Part shown: positions 23,840-38,500 of the stretch, in pieces
Position numbering within the stretch: position 1 is the stretch's first letter
Layout: each line of letters opens with the position of its first letter
Source of the DNA: Eledone cirrhosa
Taxonomy: Eukaryota
Assembly: GCA_964016885.1 (NCBI GenBank)
Contig: CAXHJY010001284.1
Location: 128,750 to 192,749 of the forward strand
Direction: 5' to 3'
DNA length: 64,000 nucleotides
Program-made: the position numbers and the translations under genes
The notes under the pieces: generated by a model
The model's database searches: none
What the model was told of the DNA's origin: nothing
The model's input: the letters and a program-made list of their open reading frames with translations, nothing else

Positions 23840-24484
23840 TTGTTGACTTGTGGAGCTATGTCGAACAGTTGCTGTCGCGTGTAGGACCGATCCGGTTATC
23901 GACTGAGTCCATTGTGCAGATGGTCTCGCCGTCTTCCTTCGAGGAGGAAGGGCAGGCGGTTTTCATCTGCCTGGTGGCCATGGCGAAAGAGATTGTGTGG
24001 TGGACAAGGTTGAAAGGGTTAAAGACAGACACTTTCCTCTTCGCCGAATCCCTAATTAACTTTTTCAAGTTTCACTTGAAGAGGAAAATCAGGGTGGACA
24101 GGCAAGTGCTGCCTTCTAGCAAGTTTGTTGAAAGGTGGATGAATGTAGCAAGAATAGTCCGAGTGAACGGAACCGCTCTGAATATACGTCTGTAGTTTGA
24201 GAAATGGAAAAATTAAGAGAGGGCGCTTGCTCTGGTGGTCAGGGTGGCCGTGGTCTTTTGTGTGGTTTTCGCCACGAGTAACCCTCGGAGGTTTCCCCCC
24301 TATTGGGGAATTTTTCATTGTTTCAATTTTCATTTTTATTGTTTATATATATATATGTTTCTATGTCTTTTTTTTTTTCTTATATAAATAATAAAATATT
24401 TACACGCACAAAATTCACATCGTACCGTCCTGTACCGTCTGTAATGTTTTTCTTGATGTCAGCCCTTGTGGCCAATAAAGAAAT
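23840..24484 (+). mobile_element. Tx1/L1-clade LINE, 3' fragment
   Basis: ORF 23848-24195 (LWSYVEQLL...LVAMAKEIVWWTR...FVERW) resembles a Tx1 ORF2 C-terminus after the zinc knuckle. U-rich 3' UTR, aataaagaaat, then an (ATT/ATC)n tail. Confidence 0.75.
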
Positions 24485-24523
24485 CATTATTATCATCACT
24501 ATCATTATTACTATTATTTTTAC

Positions 24524-24554
<31 letters not shown>

Positions 24555-24565
24555 CCTAGTAGTAA

Positions 24566-24751
24566 AGGGCGGTGAATTGGCAGTATCGGTAGAGGGTCGG
24601 ACATGCTTTCCAGCATAGTTACGTCCCTTTACGATCTGAGTTCAAATCCCGCCGAGGTTAACTTTGCCTTTCATCCTTACGGGGTCGATAAAATAAAGTA
24701 CCAGTAATGTACTGGGTAATTGCTGGCCTTGTGCCTAAAATAGAAACAATT
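24566..24751 (+). mobile_element. SINE family A, full length
   Basis: A-box (tggcagtatcgg), B-box (gagttcaaatcc), core and (TAC)n tail. Confidence 0.9.
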
Positions 24752-24862
24752 ACTACTACTACTACGACTACTACTACTACTACTAGTAGTAGTAGTAGTA
24801 GTCGTAATTCTATTCTCAAGGAAAACACGACATAACAATTATGATGATGATAGTAATAATAA

Positions 24863-25395
24863 TAACTGTTTCTACTGTTGGCACAAGGCCAGCAATTCAC
24901 CAGTGTATTACTGGTACTTTATTTTATCGACCCCGTAAGGATGAAAGGCAAAGTTTACCTCGGCGGGATTTGAACTCAGAATGGCAAGGGCCGTAACTCT
25001 ATGCGTCAATAATAATAACAATAATGGTTTCTGGTTTAGACACAAGAACAGCAATTTGGGGTGAGGGGGAAAGTCGATTAAATCGACACCAATTCATTAC
25101 TGGTACTTTATGTTATCGACGCCGGAAGGATGAAAGGTAAGTCTAACCTCGGAGGGATTTAAACATAGAACATAAAGGGCAGTAACTCTATGCCAATAAT
25201 ACTGCCAATCAACCATCATATTAACGATAATAATTGTTTCTACTTTTGGCACAAGGCCTGCAATTACCCCAGTGTATTACTGGTACTTTAGTTTATTGAC
25301 CCCGTAAGGATGAAAGGCAAAGTTAACCTCGGCGTGGTTTGAACTCATACCGTAAAGGGTCATAACTCTATGCTGGAAGGCATGGCGTCTGACTC
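24863..25395 (-). mobile_element. Three tandem SINE family A copies
   Basis: Copies at ~24863-25008, 25022-25215 and 25230-25395. Confidence 0.88.
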
Positions 25396-25493
25396 TCCTT
25401 TATTAGCCAATCGGGGTTTACATTAAGAGAACAATAAAGACGGTACAGTGTGGCTTTTCTGGTCGAGAATATTAATAATATTACTACAACTAC

Positions 25494-25880
25494 CATCATC
25501 ATCATCATCATCATCGTCATCATCGTCATCATCATCATCGTCATCATCATCATCATCATCATCATCGTCATCATCGTCATCATCATCATCATCATCGTCA
25601 TCATCATCAACATCGTCATCATCGTCATCATCATCATCATCGTCATCATCGTCATCATCATCATCATCGTCGTCATCATCGTCATCATCGTCATCATCAT
25701 CATCATCTTCAACACCATCATCGCCATCATCATCGTCATCATCATCTTCATCGTCATCATCATCATCATCGTCGTCATCATCATCATCATCATCACCACC
25801 ACCATCACCATCATCATCATCATCAACATCACCATCATCATCGTCATCACCATCATCATCACCACCACCATAAACATCAC

Positions 25881-25912
<32 letters not shown>

Positions 25913-25934
25913 CCACCACCACCATCATCATCAC

Positions 25935-25966
<32 letters not shown>

Positions 25967-26020
25967 GCATCATCATCATCATCATCACGCTCAGCATCTT
26001 CATCCTCATAATCAATCATT
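25494..26020. repeat. (CAT)n trinucleotide array
   Basis: Direct inspection. Confidence 0.97.
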
Positions 26021-26097
26021 TATGATTTTCTCGTTGTTGCTGTCTTAACGACTCTCCTCCCACCAACGACACCACTACCACTCTCACCATTATCATC

Positions 26098-26277
26098 TCG
26101 GGCGGGAAGGAGAAAGTAGATTAACTCGACCCAAATGCGTAACTGGTACTTTATTTTATCGACCCCCCCCCCCCTGTAAGGATGAAAGGACAAAGCTAAC
26201 CTCGGTGGGATTTAAACTCAGAACTCTATGCCATAAAGCATATTGTCCGATGCTCTACTGATACTGCCAATCCACCT
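26098..26277 (-). mobile_element. SINE family A
   Basis: Reverse complement of the core. Confidence 0.85.
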
Positions 26278-26289
26278 AGAACCAGCCTT

Positions 26290-26559
26290 GTAGCCATAAC
26301 AACGTGAATTATCTAATGGGAGTCACCATTCCGTTATTGTGTTTGCCTTACTCTGACCCCCACTAACAAACTTCATAAATGAAACCCTCATGGTTCACAT
26401 GCTAATGGATACGATAGAAATCTACATGGTCGACTTAACAAAATACCTATAAGGAACAGAATATATATAATGTAGAAACCCTATTAAATATGTCTATAGT
26501 TTCTACAAAGATATATGGATGATTATGGGATTAGATAAATGTGTGAAAAACCACTTTAA
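26290..26559 (+). mobile_element. Decayed R4/Dong-like LINE, RT domain (left part)
   Basis: Frameshifted fragments PLLCL, LTPLTNFINE, IYMVDLTKY (YMDD motif) and SFYKDIWMIMGLDKCVKNHF (cf. FSxDIxMxFGLDKC). Confidence 0.75.
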
Positions 26560-29500
26560 CCCTTTAGCATTTAAGCCGGCCATATCCGGCCAGAACTCTC
26601 TCACTTCTTTCTGTTCAAACTGGCTGTAACCAGTCACTCATACTAATATTAAGGTATTATTCTCAAAATAAATATCATCAAAATCTCATAGATTTGATAT
26701 TATGTAAGATAATTATGTAAGGTAAAGCCTTTACTGAGAAAATACAATAGTATATATAGAGTAATGTAAATGTTATGGAAGGTAAAGCCTTTACTGAGAA
26801 AATACAATAGTATATATAGAGTAATGTAAATGTTATGTAAGGTAAAGCCTTTACTGAGAAAATACAATAGTATATATAGAGTAATGTAAATGTTATGTAA
26901 GGTAAAGCCTTTACTGAGAAAATACAATAGTATATATAGAGTAGTGTAAATGTTATGTAAGGTAAAGCCTTTACTGAGAAAATACAATAGTATATATAGA
27001 GTAATGTAAATGTTATGTAAGGTAAAGCCTTTACTGAGAAAATACAATAGTATATATAGAGTAATATAAATGTTATGGAAGGTAAAGCCTTTACTGGGAA
27101 AATACAATAATATATATAGAGTAATGTAAATGTTATGTAAGGTAAAGCCTTTACTGAGAAAATACAATAGTATATATAGAGTAATGTAAATGTTATGTAA
27201 GGTAAACCTTTTACTGGGAAAATACAATAGTATATATAGAGTAATATAAATGTTATGTAAGGTAAAGCCTTTACTGAGAAAATACAATAGTATATATAGA
27301 GTAATATAAATGTTATGGAAGGTAAAGCCTTTACTGGGAAAATACAATAGTATATATAGAGAAATGTAAATGTTATGTAAGGTAAAGCCTTTACTGAGAA
27401 AATACAATAGTATATATAGAGTAATGTAAATGTTATGTAAGGTAAAGCCTTTACTGAGAAAATACAATAACATATATAAATTAATCTAAATGTTATGTAA
27501 GGTAAAGCCTTTACTTAGAAAATACAATAGTATATATAGAGTAATGTAAATGTTATGTAAGGTAAAGCCTTTACTGAGAAAATACAATAGTATATATAGA
27601 GTAATGTAAATGTTATGTAAGGTAAAGCCTTTACTGAGAAAATACAATAGTATATATAGAGTAATGTAAATGTTATGTAAAGTAAAGCCTTTACTGAGAA
27701 AATACAATAGTATATATAGAGTAATGTAAATGTTATGGAAGGTAAAGCCTTTACTGAGAAGATACAATAGTATATATAGAGTAATGTAAATGTTATGTAA
27801 GGTAAAGCCTTTACTGAGAAAATACAATAGTATATATAGAGTAATGTAAATGTTATGTAAGGTAAACCTTTTACTGGGAAAATACAATAGTATATATAGA
27901 ATGATGTAAATGTTATGTAACGTAAAGCCTTTACTGAGAAAATACGATAGTATATATAGAGTAATGTAAATGTTATGTAAGGTAAAGCCTTTACTGAGAA
28001 AATACAATAGTATATATAGAGTAATGTAAATGTTATGGAAGGTAAAGCCTTTACTGAGAAAATACAATAGTATATATAGAGTAATGTAAATGTTATGGAA
28101 GGTAAAGCCTTTACTGAGAAAATACAATAGTATATATAGAGTAATATAAATGTTATGTAAGGTAAAGCCTTTACTGAGAAAATACAATAGTATATATAGA
28201 GTAATATAAATGTTATGGAAGGTAAAGCCTTTACTGGGAAAATACAATAATATATATAGAGTAATGTAAATGTTATGTAAGGTAAAGCCTTTACTGAGAA
28301 AATACAATAGTATATATAGAGTAATGTAAATGTTATGTAAGGTAAACCTTTTACTGGGAAAATACAATAGTATATATAGAGTAATATAAATGTTATGTAA
28401 GGTAAAGCCTTTACTGAGAAAATACAATAGTATATATAGAGTAATATAAATGTTATGGAAGGTAAAGCCTTTACTGGGAAAATACAATAGTATATATAGA
28501 GAAATGTAAATGTTATGTAAGGTAAAGCCTTTACTGAGAAAATACAATAGTATATATAGAGTAATGTAAATGTTATGTAAGGTAAAGCCTTTACTGAGAA
28601 AATACAATAACATATATAAATTAATCTAAATGTTATGTAAGGTAAAGCCTTTACTTAGAAAATACAATAGTATATATAGAGTAATGTAAATGTTATGTAA
28701 GGTAAAGCCTTTACTGAGAAAATACAATAGTATATATAGAGTAATGTAAATGTTATGTAAGGTAAAGCCTTTACTGAGAAAATACAATAGTATATATAGA
28801 GTAATGTAAATGTTATGTAAAGTAAAGCCTTTACTGAGAAAATACAATAGTATATATAGAGTAATGTAAATGTTATGGAAGGTAAAGCCTTTACTGAGAA
28901 GATACAATAGTATATATAGAGTAATGTAAATGTTATGTAAGGTAAAGCCTTTACTGAGAAAATACAATAGTATATATAGAGTAATGTAAATGTTATGTAA
29001 GGTAAACCTTTTACTGGGAAAATACAATAGTATATATAGAATGATGTAAATGTTATGTAAGGTAAAGCCTTTACTGAGAAAATACGATAGTATATATAGA
29101 ATAATGTAAATGTTATGTAAGGTAAAGCCTTTACTGAGAAAATACAATAGTATATATAGAGTAATGTAAATGTTATGTAAGGTAAAGCCTTTACTGAGAA
29201 AATACAATAGTATATATAGAGTAATGTAAATGTTATGTAAGGTAAAGCCTTTACTGATAAAATACAATAACATATATAAATTAATCTAAATGTTATGTAA
29301 GGTAAAGCCTTTACTGATAAAATACAATAGTATATATAGAGTAATGTAAATGTTATGTAAGGTAAAGCCTTTACTGAGAAAATACAATAGTATATATAGA
29401 GTAATATAAATGTTATGTAAGGTAAAGCCTTTACTGAGAAAATACAATAGTATATATAGAGTAATATAAATGTTATGGAAGGTAAATCCTTTACTGGGAA

Positions 29501-32500
29501 AATACAATAGTATATATAGAGAAATGTAAATGTTATGTAAGGTAAAGCCTTTACTGAGAAAATACAATAGTATATATAGAGTAATGTAAATGTTATGTAA
29601 GGTAAAGCCTTTACTGAGAAAATACAATAACATATATAAATTAATCTAAATGTTATGTAAGGTAAAGCCTTTACTTAGAAAATACAATAGTATATATAGA
29701 GTAATGTAAATGTTATGTAAGGTAAAGCCTTTACTGAGAAAATACAATAGTATATATAGAGTAATGTAAATGTTATGTAAGGTAAAGCCTTTACTGAGAA
29801 AATACAATAGTATATATAGAGTAATGTAAATGTTATGTAAGGTAAAGCCTTTACTTAGAAAATACAATAGTATATATAGAGTAATGTAAATGTTATGTAA
29901 GGTAAACCTTTTACTGGGAAAATACAATAGTATATATAGAATGATGTAAATGTTATGGAAGGTAAAGCCTTTACTGAGAAGATACAATAGTATATATAGA
30001 GTAATGTAAATGTTATGTAAGGTAAAGCCTTTACTGAGAAAATACAATAGTATATATAGAGTAATGTAAATGTTATGTAAGGTAAACCTTTTACTGGGAA
30101 AATACAATAGTATATATAGAATGATGTAAATGTTATGTAAGGTAAAGCCTTTACTAATAAAATACAATAACATATATAAATTAATCTAAATGTTATGTAA
30201 GGTAAAGCCTTTACTGATAAAATACAATAGTATATATAGAGTAATGTAAATGTTATGTAAGGTAAAGCCTTTACTGAGAAAATACAATAGTATATATAGA
30301 GTAATATAAATGTTATGTAAGGTAAAGCCTTTACTGAGAAAATACAATAGTATATATAGAGTAATATAAATGTTATGGAAGGTAAAGCCTTTACTGGGAA
30401 AATACAATAGTATATATAGAGTAATGTAAATGTTATGTAAGGTAAAGCCTTTACTGAGAAAATACAATAGTATATATAGAGTAATGTAAATGTTATGGAA
30501 GGTAAAGCCTTTACTGAGAAAATACAATAGTATATATAGAGTAATGTAAAAGTTATGTAAGGTAAACCTTTGACTGGGAAAATACAATAGTATATATAGA
30601 GTAATATAAATGTTATGGAAGGTAAAGCCTTTACTGGGAAAATACAATAATATATATAGAGTAATATAAATGTTATGTAAGGTAAAGCCTTTACTGAGAA
30701 AATACAATAGTATATATAGAGTAATATAAATGTTATGGAAGGTAAAGCCTTTACTGGGAAAATACAATAATATATATAGAGTAATGTAAATGTTATGTAA
30801 GGTAAAGCCTTTACTGAGAAAATACAATAGTATATATAGAGTAATGTAAATATTATGTAAGGTAAACCTTTTACTGGGAAAATACAATAGTATATATAGA
30901 GTAATATAAATGTTATGTAAGGTAAAGCCTTTACTGAGAAAATACAATAGTATATATAGAGTAATATAAATGTTATGGAAGGTAAAGCCTTTACTGGGAA
31001 AATACATAGTATATATAGAGAAATGTAAATGTTATGTAAGGTAAAGCCTTTACTGAGAAAATACAATAGTATATATAGAGTAATGTAAATGTTATGTAAG
31101 GTAAAGCCTTTACTGAGAAAATACAATAACATATATAAATTAATCTAAATGTTATGTAAGGTAAAGCCTTTACTTAGAAAATACAATAGTATATATAGAG
31201 TAATGTAAATGTTATGTAAGGTAAAGCCTTTACTGAGAAAATACAATAGTATATATAGAGTAATGTAAATGTTATGTAAGGTAAAGCCTTTACTGAGAAA
31301 ATACAATAGTATATATAGAGTAATATAAATGTTATTTAAGGTAAAGCCTTTACTGAGAAAATACAATAGTATATATAGAGTAATATAAATGTTATGGAAG
31401 GTAAAGCCTTTACTGGGAAAATACAATAGTATATATAGAGTAATGTAAATGTTATGTAAGGTAAAGCCTTTACTGAGAAAATACAATAGTATATATAGAG
31501 TAATGTAAATGTTATGGAAGGTAAAGCCTTTACTGAGAAAATACAATAGTATATATAGAGTAATGTAAATGTTATGTAAGGTAAAGCCTTTACGGAGAAA
31601 ATACAATAATGTATATAGAGTAATGTAAATGTTATGTAAGGTAAAGCCTTTACTGAGAAAATACAATAGTATATATAGAGTAATGTAAATGTTATGTAAG
31701 GTAAAGCCTTTACTGGGAAAATACAATAGTATATATAGAGTAATGTAAATGTTATGTAAGGTAAAGCCTTTACTGAGAAAATACAATAGTATATATAGAG
31801 TAATATAAATGTTATGTAAGGTAAAGCCTTTACTGAGAAAATACAATAGTATATATAGAGTAATATAAATATTATGGAAGGTAAAGCCTTTACTGGGAAA
31901 ATACAATAATATATATAGAGTAATGTCAATGTTATGTAAGGTAAAGCCTTTACTGAGAAAATACAATAGTATATATAGAGTAATGTAAATGTTATGTAAG
32001 GTAAACCTTTTACTGGGAAAATACAATAGTATATATAGAGTAATATAAATGTTATGTGAGGTAAAGCCTTTACTGAGAAAATACAATAGTATATATAGAG
32101 TAATATAAATGTTATGGAAGGTAAAGCCTTTACTGGGAAAATACAATAGTATATATAGAGAAATGTAAATGTTATGTAAGGTAAAGCCTTTACTGAGAAA
32201 ATACAATAGTATATATAGAGTAATGTAAATGTTATGTAAGGTAAAGCCTTTACTGAGAAAATACAATAACATATATAAATTAATCTAAATGTTATGTAAG
32301 GTAAAGCCTTTACTTAGAAAATACAATAGTATATATAGAGTAATGTAAATGTTATGTAAGGTAAAGCCTTTACTGAGAAAATACAATAGTATATATAGAG
32401 TAATGTAAATGTTATGTAAGGTAAAGCCTTTACTGAGAAAATACAATAGTATATATAGAGTAATGTAAATGTTATGGAAGGTAAAGCCTTTACTGGGAAA

Positions 32501-35500
32501 ATACAATAATATATATAGAGTAATATAAATGTTATGTAAGGTAAAGCCTTTACTGAGAAAATACAATAGTATATATAGAGTAATATAAATGTTATGGAAG
32601 GTAAAGCCTTTACTGGGAAAATACAATAATATATATAGAGTAATGTAAATGTTATGTAAGGTAAAGCCTTTACTGAGAAAATACAATAGTATATATAGAG
32701 TAATGTAAATGTTATGTAAGGTAAACCTTTTACTGGGAAAATACAATAGTATATATAGAGTAATATAAATGTTATGTAAGGTAAAGCCTTTACTGAGAAA
32801 ATACAATAGTATATATAGAGTAATATAAATGTTATGGAAGGTAAAGCCTTTACTGGGAAAATACATAGTATATATAGAGAAATGTAAATGTTATGTAAGG
32901 TAAAGCCTTTACTGAGAAAATACAATAGTATATATAGAGTAATGTAAATGTTATGTAAGGTAAAGCCTTTACTGAGAAAATACAATAACATATATAAATT
33001 AATCTAAATGTTATGTAAGGTAAAGCCTTTACTTAGAAAATACAATAGTATATATAGAGTAATGTAAATGTTATGTAAGGTAAAGCCTTTACTGAGAAAA
33101 TACAATAGTATATATAGAGTAATGTAAATGTTATGTAAGGTAAAGCCTTTACTGAGAAAATACAATAGTATATATAGAGTAATATAAATGTTATTTAAGG
33201 TAAAGCCTTTACTGAGAAAATACAATAGTATATATAGAGTAATATAAATGTTATGGAAGGTAAAGCCTTTACTGGGAAAATACAATAGTATATATAGAGT
33301 AATGTAAATGTTATGTAAGGTAAAGCCTTTACTGAGAAAATACAATAGTATATATAGAGTAATGTAAATGTTATGGAAGGTAAAGCCTTTACTGAGAAAA
33401 TACAATAGTATATATAGAGTAATGTAAATGTTATGTAAGGTAAAGCCTTTACGGAGAAAATACAATAATGTATATAGAGTAATGTAAATGTTATGTAAGG
33501 TAAAGCCTTTACTGAGAAAATACAATAGTATATATAGAGTAATGTAAATGTTATGTAAGGTAAAGCCTTTACTGGGAAAATACAATAGTATATATAGAGT
33601 AATATAAATGTTATGTAAGGTAAAGCCTTTACTGAGAAAATACAATAGTATATATAGAGTAATATAAATATTATGGAAGGTAAAGCCTTTACTGGGAAAA
33701 TACAATAATATATATAGAGTAATGTCAATGTTATGTAAGGTAAAGCCTTTACTGAGAAAATACAATAGTATATATAGAGTAATGTAAATGTTATGTAAGG
33801 TAAACCTTTTACTGGGAAAATACAATAGTATATATAGAGTAATATAAATGTTATGTGAGGTAAAGCCTTTACTGAGAAAATACAATAGTATATATAGAGT
33901 AATATAAATGTTATGGAAGGTAAAGCCTTTACTGGGAAAATACAATAGTATATATAGAGAAATGTAAATGTTATGTAAGGTAAAGCCTTTACTGAGAAAA
34001 TACAATAGTATATATAGAGTAATGTAAATGTTATGTAAGGTAAAGCCTTTACTGAGAAAATACAATAACATATATAAATTAATCTAAATGTTATGTAAGG
34101 TAAAGCCTTTACTTAGAAAATACAATAGTATATATAGAGTAATGTAAATGTTATGTAAGGTAAAGCCTTTACTGAGAAAATACAATAGTATATATAGAGT
34201 AATGTAAATGTTATGTAAGGTAAAGCCTTTACTGAGAAAATACAATAGTATATATAGAGTAATGTAAATGTTATGGAAGGTAAAGCCTTTACTGAGAAAA
34301 TACAATAGTATATATAGAGTAATGTAAATGTTATGTAAGGTAAAGCCTTTACTGAGAAAATACAATAGTATATATAGAGTAATGTAAATGTTATGTAAGG
34401 TAAAAGCCTTTACTGAGAAAATACAATAGTATATATAGAGTAATGTAAATGTTATGTAAGGTAAAGCCTTTACGGAGAAAATACAATAATATATATAGAG
34501 TAATGTAAATGTTATGTAAGGTAAAGCCTTTACTGAGAAAATACAATAGTATATATAGAGTAATGTAAATGTTATGTAAAGTAAAGCCTTTACTGAGAAA
34601 ATACAATAGTATATATAGAGTAATGTAAATGTTATGTAAGGTAAAGCCTTTACTGGGAAAATACAATAGTATATATAGAGTAATTTAAATGTTATGTAAG
34701 GTAAAGCCTTTACTGAGAAAATACAATAGTATATATAGAGTAATGTAAATGTTATGTAACGTAAAGCCTTTACTGGGAAAATACAATAGTATATATAGAG
34801 TAATGTAAATGTTATGTAAGGTAAAGCCTTTACTGAGAAAATACAATAGTATATATAGAGTAATGTAAATGTTATGTAAGGTAAAGCCTTTACTGAGAAA
34901 ATACAATAACATATATAGAGTAATGTAAATGTTATGTAAGGTAAAGCCTTTACTGAGAAAATACAATAGTATATATAGAGTAATATAAATGTTATGGAAG
35001 ATAAAGCCTTTACTGAGAAAATACAATAGTATATATAGAGTAATGTAAATGTTATGTAAGGTAAAGCCTTTACTGAGAAAATACAATAGTATATATAGAG
35101 TAATATAAATGTTATGTAAGGTAAAGCCTTTACTGAGAAAATACAATAGTATATATAGAGTAATATAAATGTTATGGAAGGTAAAGCCTTTACTGGGAAA
35201 ATACAATAGTATATATAGAGTAATGTAAATGTTATGTAAGGTAAAGCCTTTACTGAGAAAATACAATAGTATATATAGAGTAATGTAAATGTTATGTAAG
35301 GTAAAGCCTTTACTGAGAAAATACAATAACATATATAGAGTAATGTAAATGTTATGTAAGGTAAAGCCTTTACTGAGAAAATACAATAGTATATATAGAG
35401 TAATATAAATGTTATGGAAGATAAAGCCTTTACTGAGAAAATACAATAGTATATATAGAGTAATGTAAATGTTATGTAAGGTAAAGCCTTTACTGAGAAA

Positions 35501-38500
35501 ATACAATAGTATATATAGAGTAATGTAAATGTTATGTAAGGTAAAGCCTTTACTGAGAAAATACAATAGTATATATAGAGTAATGTAAATGTTATGTAAG
35601 GTAAAGCCTTTACTGGGAAAATACAATAGTATATATAGAGTAATATAAATGTTATGTAAGGTAAAGCCTTTACTGAGAAAATACAATAGTATATATAGAG
35701 TAATATAAATATTATGGAAGGTAAAGCCTTTACTGGGAAAATACAATAATATATATAGAGTAATGTCAATGTTATGTAAGGTAAAGCCTTTACTGAGAAA
35801 ATACAATAGTATATATAGAGTAATGTAAATGTTATGTAAGGTAAACCTTTTACTGGGAAAATACAATAGTATATATAGAGTAATATAAATGTTATGTGAG
35901 GTAAAGCCTTTACTGAGAAAATACAATAGTATATATAGAGTAATATAAATGTTATGGAAGGTAAAGCCTTTACTGGGAAAATACAATAGTATATATAGAG
36001 TAATGTAAATGTTATGTAAGGTAAAGCCTTTACTGAGAAAATACAATAGTATATATAGAGTAATGTAAATGTTATGTAAAGTAAAGCCTTTACTGAGAAA
36101 ATACAATAGTATATATAGAGTAATGTAAATGTTATGGAAGGTAAAGCCTTTACTGAGAAGATACAATAGTATATATAGAGTAATGTAAATGTTATGTAAG
36201 GTAAAGCCTTTACTGAGAAAATACAATAGTATATATAGAGTAATGTAAATGTTATGTAAGGTAAACCTTTTACTGGGAAAATACAATAGTATATATAGAA
36301 TGATGTAAATGTTATGTAACGTAAAGCCTTTACTGAGAAAATACGATAGTATATATAGAGTAATGTAAATGTTATGTAAGGTAAAGCCTTTACTGAGAAA
36401 ATACAATAGTATATATAGAGTAATGTAAATGTTATGGAAGGTAAAGCCTTTACTGAGAAAATACAATAGTATATATAGAGTAATGTAAATGTTATGGAAG
36501 GTAAAGCCTTTACTGAGAAAATACAATAGTATATATAGAGTAATATAAATGTTATGTAAGGTAAAGCCTTTACTGAGAAAATACAATAGTATATATAGAG
36601 TAATATAAATGTTATGGAAGGTAAAGCCTTTACTGGGAAAATACAATAATATATATAGAGTAATGTAAATGTTATGTAAGGTAAAGCCTTTACTGAGAAA
36701 ATACAATAGTATATATAGAGTAATGTAAATGTTATGTAAGGTAAACCTTTTACTGGGAAAATACAATAGTATATATAGAGTAATATAAATGTTATGTAAG
36801 GTAAAGCCTTTACTGAGAAAATACAATAGTATATATAGAGTAATATAAATGTTATGGAAGGTAAAGCCTTTACTGGGAAAATACAATAGTATATATAGAG
36901 AAATGTAAATGTTATGTAAGGTAAAGCCTTTACTGAGAAAATACAATAGTATATATAGAGTAATGTAAATGTTATGTAAGGTAAAGCCTTTACTGAGAAA
37001 ATACAATAACATATATAAATTAATCTAAATGTTATGTAAGGTAAAGCCTTTACTTAGAAAATACAATAGTATATATAGAGTAATGTAAATGTTATGTAAG
37101 GTAAAGCCTTTACTGAGAAAATACAATAGTATATATAGAGTAATGTAAATGTTATGTAAGGTAAAGCCTTTACTGAGAAAATACAATAGTATATATAGAG
37201 TAATGTAAATGTTATGTAAAGTAAAGCCTTTACTGAGAAAATACAATAGTATATATAGAGTAATGTAAATGTTATGGAAGGTAAAGCCTTTACTGAGAAG
37301 ATACAATAGTATATATAGAGTAATGTAAATGTTATGTAAGGTAAAGCCTTTACTGAGAAAATACAATAGTATATATAGAGTAATGTAAATGTTATGTAAG
37401 GTAAACCTTTTACTGGGAAAATACAATAGTATATATAGAATGATGTAAATGTTATGTAAGGTAAAGCCTTTACTGAGAAAATACGATAGTATATATAGAA
37501 TAATGTAAATGTTATGTAAGGTAAAGCCTTTACTGAGAAAATACAATAGTATATATAGAGTAATGTAAATGTTATGTAAGGTAAAGCCTTTACTGAGAAA
37601 ATACAATAGTATATATAGAGTAATGTAAATGTTATGTAAGGTAAAGCCTTTACTGATAAAATACAATAACATATATAAATTAATCTAAATGTTATGTAAG
37701 GTAAAGCCTTTACTGATAAAATACAATAGTATATATAGAGTAATGTAAATGTTATGTAAGGTAAAGCCTTTACTGAGAAAATACAATAGTATATATAGAG
37801 TAATATAAATGTTATGTAAGGTAAAGCCTTTACTGAGAAAATACAATAGTATATATAGAGTAATATAAATGTTATGGAAGGTAAATCCTTTACTGGGAAA
37901 ATACAATAGTATATATAGAGAAATGTAAATGTTATGTAAGGTAAAGCCTTTACTGAGAAAATACAATAGTATATATAGAGTAATGTAAATGTTATGTAAG
38001 GTAAAGCCTTTACTGAGAAAATACAATAACATATATAAATTAATCTAAATGTTATGTAAGGTAAAGCCTTTACTTAGAAAATACAATAGTATATATAGAG
38101 TAATGTAAATGTTATGTAAGGTAAAGCCTTTACTGAGAAAATACAATAGTATATATAGAGTAATGTAAATGTTATGTAAGGTAAAGCCTTTACTGAGAAA
38201 ATACAATAGTATATATAGAGTAATGTAAATGTTATGTAAGGTAAAGCCTTTACTTAGAAAATACAATAGTATATATAGAGTAATGTAAATGTTATGTAAG
38301 GTAAACCTTTTACTGGGAAAATACAATAGTATATATAGAATGATGTAAATGTTATGGAAGGTAAAGCCTTTACTGAGAAGATACAATAGTATATATAGAG
38401 TAATGTAAATGTTATGTAAGGTAAAGCCTTTACTGAGAAAATACAATAGTATATATAGAGTAATGTAAATGTTATGTAAGGTAAACCTTTTACTGGGAAA

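Noticed and set aside
24566-24660. SINE heads as tRNA genes
   Set aside because: The A/B boxes continue into a shared SINE body and tail in many diverged copies; no cloverleaf.
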